Of a DNA stretch of 64,000 nucleotides, positions 18,233-26,279 are shown piece by piece. The stretch is from an uncultured Pseudomonadales bacterium (GTDB lineage Bacteria; Patescibacteriota; Microgenomatia; UBA1400; PJMF01), in contig CAZYNM010000006.1 in assembly GCA_964648715.1 (NCBI GenBank), positions 15,355 through 79,354 of the forward strand, written 5' to 3'. The notes below the pieces were generated by a model. That model made no database searches, was not told the DNA's origin, and saw only the letters and a list, made by a program, of their open reading frames with translations. The translations under genes and the position numbers were made by a program. Numbering within the stretch: the first letter of the stretch is position 1; each line of letters starts with the position of its first letter.

Positions 18233-18688
18233 ATGTTCGAGAAGCTGTTTGAGAAGTTCAAGCCTCGCAAAAATGGAAAATTTGTGAGCGTGGGTATTGC
18301 CGTCGTCCTCCTGCTTTTGGTTGCCATCCCTGCCTTTGCTGCGTTTGACAACAACCAGGCAATTGAGATCGATAATGGTGGTTGGAATTCTTCAAAACCA
18401 ACCTTCACGCTCTCGTATGTCGGGTATGTTCAGGGCTGCCAGAAGGATCAGACTGACAAGGATTACAAGTACCGTATTAACTTTGGTAAGTACTACGGTC
18501 CTTTTAACCCTGATCGGTTCCGCCTGAAGGTCTCCTCGTCAACCGCAACCTGGGCAATCAACAAATATGGGAACGGCACTCTGAGCGGCTACAATCTCTT
18601 GGATCGTAACAGCGCATATCTGTGCATCGGCTCGAAGTCAAACTTGGCCGGCGCTAACCAGAACACTGTTAAGGTCTACGAGCAGTAG
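18233..18688 (+). CDS. Small secreted protein (signal peptide) with GC3-rich codon usage foreign to its surroundings.
   Basis: N-terminal signal KFVSVGIAVVLLLLVAIPAFAAF. ORF GC near 50% against ~30% GC flanks. Strong G/C third-position bias. Confidence 0.55.
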   Translation: MFEKLFEKFKPRKNGKFVSVGIAVVLLLLVAIPAFAAFDNNQAIEIDNGGWNSSKPTFTLSYVGYVQGCQKDQTDKDYKYRINFGKYYGPFNPDRFRLKVSSSTATWAINKYGNGTLSGYNLLDRNSAYLCIGSKSNLAGANQNTVKVYEQ

Positions 18689-18766
18689 TAAAAATGTAGT
18701 CGTAAGCTGAAATTAGCATTACGAGGGTAGAAGAAGGCTTTCCACCTTTTTCTACCCTTACTACAT

Positions 18767-19111
18767 ATGCTATTATCACACCAACCGCATATGAAAAAAA
18801 ATCTCAATTATAAAATGTATTTAGTATTTATAACTGCTGTTGCTCTATTCAGCACTTCAGTTCTTATATATAAATCAACCTCAGAAACATCTTCGACAAG
18901 CCTGGATTGTATGTCTTTAGCGAAGTCATATCTGGGATACGTGAGAGAAAATTACTCTGACAGAGAAGATTTTGATAGTGTTATCTGGCCTAGAGCTATT
19001 GATGTTGAAACTCACATGCATAATGTTTGTGTTGATAGTATCGAAAAGAATGGTTTGATTGATGGTAAAAGTATTCAAACTTACTTAACAACTTCTAAAC
19101 AACCAGAATAA
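18767..19111 (+). CDS. Hypothetical small membrane-anchored protein.
   Basis: One N-terminal TM helix. No recognisable motif. Confidence 0.35.
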   Translation: MLLSHQPHMKKNLNYKMYLVFITAVALFSTSVLIYKSTSETSSTSLDCMSLAKSYLGYVRENYSDREDFDSVIWPRAIDVETHMHNVCVDSIEKNGLIDGKSIQTYLTTSKQPE

Positions 19112-19113
19112 TA

Positions 19114-21702
19114 TTATCTTTCAACTTCAAAAATATTTTTAACCTTATCTTTTAAATGGATATTATCTCCTGAAATTGCTTGATCATTGTTTTTAAGAGC
19201 ATTTCCATATCTCTGACGTGAACAAGTAATTGTTGCATTTATGACATCAGCTGCTGGTTGTAGTTTAAAATTCTCAATCTCTCCACTAAACGTAGCCTGT
19301 GGCTGTAATGCATTGATCTTCATATAAAAATTATACGAAGGGATATTTGCCATCTGTCCTTTTTCTACTTCTGGAGCAAATACAGGCAGTAGCTTGGCTT
19401 CATCCTTTGGACTGGTGGTTCTAAAACAGATCAAAGTACCAGTATTACCGATGATTGTCTCAAGTAAGTCATTCTCTATCTGCACTGTATTTTGATGAGC
19501 CAATATCACACTCAATCTATACTTACGTGCTTCAGAAAGAATCTGTGCAAACGACATAGTAGCAAAGTTCTGAAACTCATCTATATATAAGTAAAAGTCA
19601 GCTCGCTTTTCTTCAAGTATATGTACTCTACGTAAAGCAGTAAGCTGAATTTTGGCAGTTAGAAGCCCTCCTAGGAAGTACGCTGTGTCTTCTCCTATCT
19701 TTCCTTTTGAGAGATTACAGATCAAGATTTTCTTTTCATTCATGATTGTTTCAAAATCAAGTTTGCTCTCAGTTTGATTGAGAATATTTCTAGTCATGCC
19801 TGTAGTAAGAAACCTGCCCAATTTATTGGTAATAGGTGATATCTGCTCTGCACGTTGAAATGAACCTTGCTTATCAAATTCATTCTTCCAGAAAGACTTC
19901 AAGATGTCGTCTTTTAGTAAGCTGGTTACTTTTTTGCGATAGTTGGTATTAGTCAGCAAGTCATAAATAGTAAATAGGGTGGGTTTTTCTTGCTCTAATG
20001 CCGTTAAGATCACGTTTCTCAAAATATGCTCCATTCTTGGTCCTGAATATCTTGGATCATAGAGTTTATGGAAAATTGAGATAAGCGTTGAAGTAATAAA
20101 ATCTTTCTCTCGCTGAAGTTCAACATCAGATAACCCTTTAGGAATCTCTAGTACGTTTAAGCCGATTGGGAACTCAATATCATACGGATTAAAGTAAACT
20201 ACATCTTTGACTCTCTCCTCTGGAATAACACCTAGTAAACGCTCTGCTAAATCGCCATGTGGATCAATAACAGCTAGTCCATTACCTTTTTGCATGTCTT
20301 GATGGATCATGTGCATGAGCAAGGTTGTTTTTCCCGTACCAGTTGCCCCAATGATATAGGCGTGTCTTCTTCGCTCCTCAAGGGTTAAGCCAATCTGTGT
20401 AGTAGTTTCTCCATAGGTATTGGTGGCAAAGGTAATATCTAGCTCAAGGTCATTTTTCTTGAGAGTAATAGGTGCAGGGAGCTTAGGACTTTTTACTTGT
20501 AGTAAGTCCTCTGTTTTAGTTGTTGCTGTATAAGGAAAATGGTACAAGGCAGAAAGCTCATCTACCGACAAGACCATATTATTAGTAAAAAATGGGAACC
20601 GAGTTTTAAATTGTGAGTAGTACAAGTTGTTCAGTGTTTTAGATCTAATAATCTTGGCTAAAGATCGTTTTATCTCAATACCTTGATGTGGTGTGTTAAA
20701 AGTATCGAATGAGGCAGTAATACCTTTGAGGCGTTCAACTGCTTTTTCTTGAGAATGTGTCTGGATATGAATTCTTGCTGTGGTTTCAAATAATGGCTGA
20801 GTGATCTTATTGGCTATACTATTATATAGTTCTGTTTTTGTTGCACCTAGGCCATTAGAAGTATACTTTGCCGTTGATCTGAATAACCAAACAGGAAAGG
20901 CTTCTTGAGTATTACTAACTAGCCATGAAATGACTGTCACAGGTGTTAAAGCAATGAATGCAACGGAACTTGCGAGTAAGTTCACTAGGTATCTACCACT
21001 GTGCGGTTCTATCAGGTCAGTAATGTCTTCATTATTGAGAAATTTTTTAGTGATCGCAGTAATAAAGCTGAGTGTCCCGGAGTGCGTGCTTTCATGAATT
21101 GATGAGCAAACGAACTGAAGGCTGATTACTTCATCAGCTTGTAGCTTGGTCATGTGGGCGGTGAGATATGCCAGTGGGTCATATTGATTTAAGGTTTCTT
21201 GTGAAGCAATCGGATATATAAACAACTTCTTTAACTGTAACTCTCGGATCAAGGAGTATAACTTGGGATTACTTTGTACATGGTCACTAACTTCTTTGAT
21301 CTCAATACCCGGTAAATATGCTAGTAAGGTCTTTCTAATGCTGGGGGTTTCTTCTAGTCCAACACGTAAGATAAATCGAATACCATCATTTTTATTTGAA
21401 ACCAGTTCATAACTAATACTCTTTGTTAAGCCAAGAAGTTTATCTCGCCAATGATGAGGCTTTTCAAGTGAGTGCAAGATCGTAAATAGTTGTGCTGTAG
21501 ATAGTGGTGATTTGAGTGTTCGAGCAGTTGGCTTGATTTCAAGGAATAAATACTTTCTGCTCAAGTATTTTTTAATACAGATGAGTTTGAGGGTGATCTT
21601 AGAGAGTAAATACCCCACCGCAATAGATAGCAAAATATAAATTGTTATTTCAGAGAATAAATAGGGCGGGAATATATTAGATATATCCACAGTATTTAGC
21701 AT
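19114..21702 (-). CDS. T4SS ATPase of the VirD4/TraG coupling-protein type (VirB4/VirD4 superfamily) with N-terminal membrane anchor.
   Basis: Two N-terminal TM helices. Walker A GATGTGKTT followed by VIDPHGDL (close to the coupling-protein DPKGE motif). Walker B YLYIDEFQNF. VILAHQNTVQ motif. Confidence 0.6.
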   Translation of the reverse strand: MLNTVDISNIFPPYLFSEITIYILLSIAVGYLLSKITLKLICIKKYLSRKYLFLEIKPTARTLKSPLSTAQLFTILHSLEKPHHWRDKLLGLTKSISYELVSNKNDGIRFILRVGLEETPSIRKTLLAYLPGIEIKEVSDHVQSNPKLYSLIRELQLKKLFIYPIASQETLNQYDPLAYLTAHMTKLQADEVISLQFVCSSIHESTHSGTLSFITAITKKFLNNEDITDLIEPHSGRYLVNLLASSVAFIALTPVTVISWLVSNTQEAFPVWLFRSTAKYTSNGLGATKTELYNSIANKITQPLFETTARIHIQTHSQEKAVERLKGITASFDTFNTPHQGIEIKRSLAKIIRSKTLNNLYYSQFKTRFPFFTNNMVLSVDELSALYHFPYTATTKTEDLLQVKSPKLPAPITLKKNDLELDITFATNTYGETTTQIGLTLEERRRHAYIIGATGTGKTTLLMHMIHQDMQKGNGLAVIDPHGDLAERLLGVIPEERVKDVVYFNPYDIEFPIGLNVLEIPKGLSDVELQREKDFITSTLISIFHKLYDPRYSGPRMEHILRNVILTALEQEKPTLFTIYDLLTNTNYRKKVTSLLKDDILKSFWKNEFDKQGSFQRAEQISPITNKLGRFLTTGMTRNILNQTESKLDFETIMNEKKILICNLSKGKIGEDTAYFLGGLLTAKIQLTALRRVHILEEKRADFYLYIDEFQNFATMSFAQILSEARKYRLSVILAHQNTVQIENDLLETIIGNTGTLICFRTTSPKDEAKLLPVFAPEVEKGQMANIPSYNFYMKINALQPQATFSGEIENFKLQPAADVINATITCSRQRYGNALKNNDQAISGDNIHLKDKVKNIFEVER

Positions 21703-21777
21703 GATTTATAAGATAATTTGAAACGAAGTATATCAAAATATATCTTGAAATGAAAGCAAAATAACAACAAAATACGG

Positions 21778-21808
21778 TTGACAACTATCTTCATCGAGAT
21801 ATATACTA
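21778..21808 (+). promoter_or_regulatory. Putative sigma70-like promoter (TTGACA, 16-18 nt spacer, TATATA/TATACT) with flanking ATCGAGATA-type palindromic repeats. Upstream of the small-ORF/recombinase operon.
   Basis: Read directly from the sequence. Divergent intergenic region between the coupling-protein gene and 21837. Confidence 0.35.
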
Positions 21809-21836
21809 TCTCTATCGAGATAGTTATTTTTTAGAT

Positions 21837-22166
21837 ATGTTAAGCCAAGAATTGACACTTTTTGATATACCAGAAACTAAGCTCCAGACTAAGAGTACTA
21901 CTTCTACTGCTAAAAGACCTGAAATATCTCATAAGCAGTACGCTTCTCTCGACAATGCACTTTCTGCAATCTTCCCAACTACTGAGCAGGATAATATCAT
22001 TACAAAAACTCGTCGTCATTTAGGTGATATAGGCAAAGAAATGTCAGATACAGAGATAAAAAATTTAGCTAGTGAATTTCAGTTTTTGATTGATAGTTGG
22101 TTAGACATGTTTGAAAAAGATACTTTTCAAGGCAAAACATTAAAAGAGATTATGGGAGGCAAATAA
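21837..22166 (+). CDS. Small hypothetical protein translationally coupled to the serine recombinase. Possible recombination directionality factor/regulator.
   Basis: Stop at 22166 and recombinase start at 22168. No recognisable motifs. Confidence 0.4.
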   Translation: MLSQELTLFDIPETKLQTKSTTSTAKRPEISHKQYASLDNALSAIFPTTEQDNIITKTRRHLGDIGKEMSDTEIKNLASEFQFLIDSWLDMFEKDTFQGKTLKEIMGGK

Positions 22167-22167
22167 T

Positions 22168-23739
22168 ATGAGTACAAATAATAATGAATCAGTAAAAACA
22201 GCGGTTATATATTTAAGAGTTTCTACTGAAGAACAGGTGGATAATTTTTCATTGGATACTCAAGAAGATATTTGTCAAAAGGAAGCTATTAAGCGCGGGA
22301 TTGAAGTTATCAAAGTTTTCAGAGAGGAAGGTAGATCAGCCAAAACAATCACAGGTCGTCCAGTATTGATTGAGATGCTAGAGTACTGTAGAAAAAACAA
22401 GAAAAAGATTGATGCAGTCATAGCGTATCGAGTAGATCGTATCTCACGCCAGACACAAGATTATTTAGCTATCCGAAGAAAGCTTACAGAGTGCGGTATA
22501 ACTTTGATATCTGCTACTGAACCCACTGGTAATAGCCCTACAGAAAAACTTGTTGAAACGATTCTGGCAGGTTTTGCACAACTAGATAATGATGTCAGAA
22601 GTGAACGCACAAAGAATGGAATGAGAGCAAGATTCCTGGCTGGTCTTCCAAATGGAAAAGTGCCTCTTGGATATCTAACTATAGATGGCTGTGCAGTCAA
22701 AGACCCAGAAAAATGGGATCTTGTAAAAAAAGCATGGGATTTAATGGAGACAGGTACGAAAACACTGAATGAAATTGCAGTACTTATGAATGATTGGGGT
22801 TTAAGGAATGTAATTGGAGGCAAAGAATGTATTTTCAGAGCTCAGACTGCAAGTAGACTATTTAAAAATAAGTTTTACGCAGGTGTGTTGACTTCACCAC
22901 GTTACCCCGATGAGGCTAAAGGTCAACACTTACAAATGATCTCAGAGGCTCAATACTATAAGGTGCAAGCCGTTATTGCTGGTAGAAATAACAGTATTAA
23001 TATTCCTGTTGTTAGAAGGAATAGAAACAACTCTGATTTTCCATTAAGAAGAATTATTAAGTGTGGTGGTTGTGGTGCACCATTTACAGGTGCATGGAGT
23101 AAGGGCAAGCGTGCAAAGCATGCTTATTATTTCTGTAGAAGTAGGTGTGGTAAACCATCTGTCAGAGCGTATGATGTTGATTTTTCAGTGGTTGAATTAC
23201 TCAGGAGAGTAACACCCAAGCAAGAAACACTAAATGCATTTATTGCCTTACTAAGAGCCAACTATTATAAAAGAGTTGCCAGTCTACAAAAGAAAAAAGA
23301 ACATGCTGATGTTGAACTAAAGAGACTACAATCCCTTAGAAAAGGATTAGTCGAGAAAAATCTATTAGGTATATATAGTGATGAAATATTTAAAGAACAA
23401 AATAAGATAATTGAAGAGCAAATCATAACCCTTGAGATAACAAAGGACGATGCTTTGCTTTCCAAATACAATCTCGAAGCAATAATTGCTTTTATGAAGG
23501 ATAAATTTGCTGATTTAGGAAAAACGTATCAAGAATCAGATATTGAGCAGATAAAAGTATTGTTGTGTTCGATATTTGACTCAGAACTCACTTGGGACTA
23601 TTCTGGCATTTCGAACACCCAAATTAATGCGGTATATCAATACATTTATGACTTTGAAAGTGTTGATATCGCAAATGGTGACCCCATGGAGAATCGAACT
23701 CCAATTACAGGGATGAAAACCCTGCGTCCTAACCGTTAG
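22168..23739 (+). CDS. Large serine recombinase (integrase).
   Basis: N-terminal resolvase domain with catalytic Ser in AVIYLRVSTEEQ and the YRVDRISR motif. Recombinase domain. Zinc-ribbon cysteines CGGCG...CRSRCG. Coiled-coil C-terminus. 3' end overlaps tRNA-Glu. Confidence 0.85.
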   Translation: MSTNNNESVKTAVIYLRVSTEEQVDNFSLDTQEDICQKEAIKRGIEVIKVFREEGRSAKTITGRPVLIEMLEYCRKNKKKIDAVIAYRVDRISRQTQDYLAIRRKLTECGITLISATEPTGNSPTEKLVETILAGFAQLDNDVRSERTKNGMRARFLAGLPNGKVPLGYLTIDGCAVKDPEKWDLVKKAWDLMETGTKTLNEIAVLMNDWGLRNVIGGKECIFRAQTASRLFKNKFYAGVLTSPRYPDEAKGQHLQMISEAQYYKVQAVIAGRNNSINIPVVRRNRNNSDFPLRRIIKCGGCGAPFTGAWSKGKRAKHAYYFCRSRCGKPSVRAYDVDFSVVELLRRVTPKQETLNAFIALLRANYYKRVASLQKKKEHADVELKRLQSLRKGLVEKNLLGIYSDEIFKEQNKIIEEQIITLEITKDDALLSKYNLEAIIAFMKDKFADLGKTYQESDIEQIKVLLCSIFDSELTWDYSGISNTQINAVYQYIYDFESVDIANGDPMENRTPITGMKTLRPNR

Positions 23740-23750
23740 ACGATGGGGCC
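23676..23750 (-). tRNA. tRNA-Glu (anticodon UUC), with encoded CCA.
   Basis: Hand-folded cloverleaf: acceptor GGCCCCA/TGGGGTC, anticodon stem CAGGG/CCCTG with loop TTTTCAT, T-loop TTCGATT, discriminator A, then CCA. Confidence 0.8.
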
Positions 23751-23786
23751 ATCGTACGGACAGTTTTGTATTATACCTCAGAAATA

Positions 23787-24185
23787 CTACCACGTCACGT
23801 TGCGGTAATGTTCTATGCCGCCAGGTACTATAGCAATCACATCAAAGCGGTACGCTCCCTGCCACTTCTTGTGCCGCAAGTAACGCACTGCTACCCGCTG
23901 CATACGATAGATTTTGCTTTTTGTTACCGCTTGGCTTGGGTCGCCAAAGGCAGCTGTGCTGCGAGTTTTTACTTCTACGAAAACTAGTTCATGCTGCGTT
24001 ATATCAAACGCCACAATATCTATCTCACAGCCACCAAAAGATACATTGGTATCATGGATATGAAAGGTGTGTTCTAAGAGAAATGCCCGAGCACGTTCTT
24101 CGCCCCGTTGCCCCAAAGCAGTATTATGCTGCTGGAGCTGTTTTGGTGACAGTTGCCTTTTCTTTAACTCTGCTTGCGGCTTTAC
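23787..24185 (-). CDS. yraN: YraN-family (UPF0102) endonuclease-like protein. Start codon uncertain.
   Basis: GEERARAFL...DIVAFD...LVFVEVKTR...YRFDVIAIV motifs. The 5' extension of the ORF overlaps rplS, so the true start is probably internal, perhaps GTG near 24185. Confidence 0.6.
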   Translation of the reverse strand, partial: VKPQAELKKRQLSPKQLQQHNTALGQRGEERARAFLLEHTFHIHDTNVSFGGCEIDIVAFDITQHELVFVEVKTRSTAAFGDPSQAVTKSKIYRMQRVAVRYLRHKKWQGAYRFDVIAIVPGGIEHYRNVTW

Positions 24186-24477
24186 CGACACGATCTCGGA
24201 GGTAGTAGAGTTTAGCACGGCGAACGTCGCCTTTGGTTTTGACATCAATTTTCTTAAGACCTGGCATGTGAAGTGGGTAGATGCGTTCAACACCAATTCC
24301 ATTGGCGCCCATGCGACGAATAGTTATTGTTTTGCCCAAGCCAGCGTTCTTGACTGCGATAACCAAGCCTTCAAAAACTTGGACGCGAGACTTGTCGCCT
24401 TCTGCAATTTCTTGATGAACACGAACTGTGTCACCAACGTGTACTTGTGTTTCGTTAAATGTAAATGTGGATGCCAT
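24124..24477 (-). CDS. rplS: 50S ribosomal protein L19.
   Basis: Characteristic L19 sequence ([28 protein letters not shown]...). Confidence 0.9.
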   Translation of the reverse strand: MASTFTFNETQVHVGDTVRVHQEIAEGDKSRVQVFEGLVIAVKNAGLGKTITIRRMGANGIGVERIYPLHMPGLKKIDVKTKGDVRRAKLYYLRDRVGKAASRVKEKATVTKTAPAA

Positions 24478-24528
24478 ACAGACTGGATATTGTACTTGAT
24501 GTTACTCTAGGATGCAAGAGAGAACCCA

Positions 24529-26217
24529 TTACTGTTTGCTCTCCTCAGCAGCTTTGAGATACTCCACAAACAACGGATGTGGTTGTTCTGGGCGTGATTT
24601 ATACTCAGGGTGAGCTTGGGTGGCCACAAAGAAGGGATGCATTTCTTGAGGAAGCTCTATCATCTCTACAAAGAAATTATCCGGCGATGTCCCAGAAATC
24701 ACAAAGCCCTTATCTTCCAAAACAGAACGGTAATCATTATTAAACTCAAACCGGTGGCGGTGACGTTCGGAGATAAGATGTTTACTGGCATCCTTGTAGG
24801 CATTGTGCTTGGCATAGATACGGTCTACTAAACTCCCTGGTTTAAGGACACAGTCATATGCCCCGAGGCGCATACTGGCACCCTCCCCTTTAATTTTCTG
24901 GTACTTGCTGTCAAAAGGAATGCTGTGAATGATGGGGTTTTTGGTATCGGGACGGACTTCTGTAGTATGAGCATCAGCAAGACCACACACAGATCGTGCA
25001 TACTCAATACAAGCTAGCTGCATACCATAGCACAAGCCTAAGTATGGGACCTTGTGCTCACGAGCGTAGGTAATGGCCTTAATTTTGCCTTCTACTCCTC
25101 GCTCACCCCAACCAATAGGTACGATAATGCCATCGGCCTTTTTGAGCTCATTGAGCGTGTTCTCGTCACTCTTTTCCAGTGACTCAGCATTGAGGAACGT
25201 GATGTCTACACCAACATTGTTGTGCCAACTGGCAAAATTAAGTGACTCAATGAGAGAAACATAGGAATCTTTGAGCTCATAATCACCGGTAGCAATGTAC
25301 TTAGCAATGATTGCTATGGTAACGCGCTTGGCTTGTGGGGTGCGAATTTTGTCTACCAAAGTGCGCCAACTACGTAAGTCACTTGCTTTCGCTGGCAGTC
25401 CCAGTTTTTCAAGCACAAGCTCATCAAATTTTTGCTCGGCAAAGACAAGTGGTAGCTCGTAGACAGTATCGCAATCTGGGTTGGAGATAACGTGATTTTT
25501 GTCCATATTGCAGTAATAAGCCACTTTTTCTTTACGCTTTTCATCAATAGGAAGCTCTGCCCTACCCACAATAAAATCAGGTTGGATACCCATGCTGTTG
25601 AGAAGTTTGACTGAAAGCTGTGTTGGTTTTGACTTAAGCTCATTGATGTGTGCGGGCCGTGGAAAGTACGTTACATGGATGTGGAGTGTATTAGCAGGTT
25701 CTTGAAGTTTGAGAATACGATATGCCTCATAGTAGATCGCGTTTTGATATTCACCAGCGGTGCCACCCAGTTCAACCAAGATAATATCAAAGCCTTCCGC
25801 TGCTGTTTTAATGCGCTTGATGACTTCTTCGGGAATGTATGGAATAGCGTCCACGGTTTTGCCATTAAAGTGTAAATCTTGGGTTTTCTTGATGACACTA
25901 GTATAGACCTGGCCCATGGTGGTGAAATTTTTATGTCCTACTTCTTCAGATAAAAAGCGTTCATATGATCCTAGATCAAGATCTGCTTCTAACCCATCTT
26001 CACACAAAAAAACATCGCCATGTTCAGTGGGGTTGATATTGCCTGAGTCCAAGTTGAGATAGTTCTCACACTTGATGTTGGTGACGCTATAGCCTCGATT
26101 CTTGAGGAGGAAGCCGAGCGAAGCGGCAGTAATACCTTTGCCGAGTCCTGACAACACTCCGCCGGAGACGAAGACATACTTGGTAATTACTTTGGGGGAT
26201 GATCCATGCTCTTGCAT
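24529..26217 (-). CDS. pyrG: CTP synthase.
   Basis: N-terminal synthetase domain (YVFVSGGVLSGLGKG). C-terminal class-I glutamine amidotransferase with catalytic GLCYGMQ. Confidence 0.95.
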   Translation of the reverse strand: MQEHGSSPKVITKYVFVSGGVLSGLGKGITAASLGFLLKNRGYSVTNIKCENYLNLDSGNINPTEHGDVFLCEDGLEADLDLGSYERFLSEEVGHKNFTTMGQVYTSVIKKTQDLHFNGKTVDAIPYIPEEVIKRIKTAAEGFDIILVELGGTAGEYQNAIYYEAYRILKLQEPANTLHIHVTYFPRPAHINELKSKPTQLSVKLLNSMGIQPDFIVGRAELPIDEKRKEKVAYYCNMDKNHVISNPDCDTVYELPLVFAEQKFDELVLEKLGLPAKASDLRSWRTLVDKIRTPQAKRVTIAIIAKYIATGDYELKDSYVSLIESLNFASWHNNVGVDITFLNAESLEKSDENTLNELKKADGIIVPIGWGERGVEGKIKAITYAREHKVPYLGLCYGMQLACIEYARSVCGLADAHTTEVRPDTKNPIIHSIPFDSKYQKIKGEGASMRLGAYDCVLKPGSLVDRIYAKHNAYKDASKHLISERHRHRFEFNNDYRSVLEDKGFVISGTSPDNFFVEMIELPQEMHPFFVATQAHPEYKSRPEQPHPLFVEYLKAAEESKQ

Positions 26218-26279
26218 GGAATTACATTATACCATACTTGAAATGGTGAGAAGTGCCTAAATCGCTTTCCTTGAGAAAA

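Larger units (their letters stand above)
1..23750. mobile_element. Integrative conjugative/mobilisable element (right-hand portion, continues past the window start) inserted at the 3' end of tRNA-Glu.
   Basis: Abrupt GC shift at ~23.75 kb. Serine recombinase abutting/overlapping the tRNA. T4SS genes, coupling protein, ArdC and a replication-relaxation-like gene. Confidence 0.6.

Noticed and set aside
24067-24510. 147-aa plus-strand ORF (Cys-rich) overlapping rplS and yraN.
   Set aside because: It is antisense to a ribosomal protein gene with a clear L19 signature.
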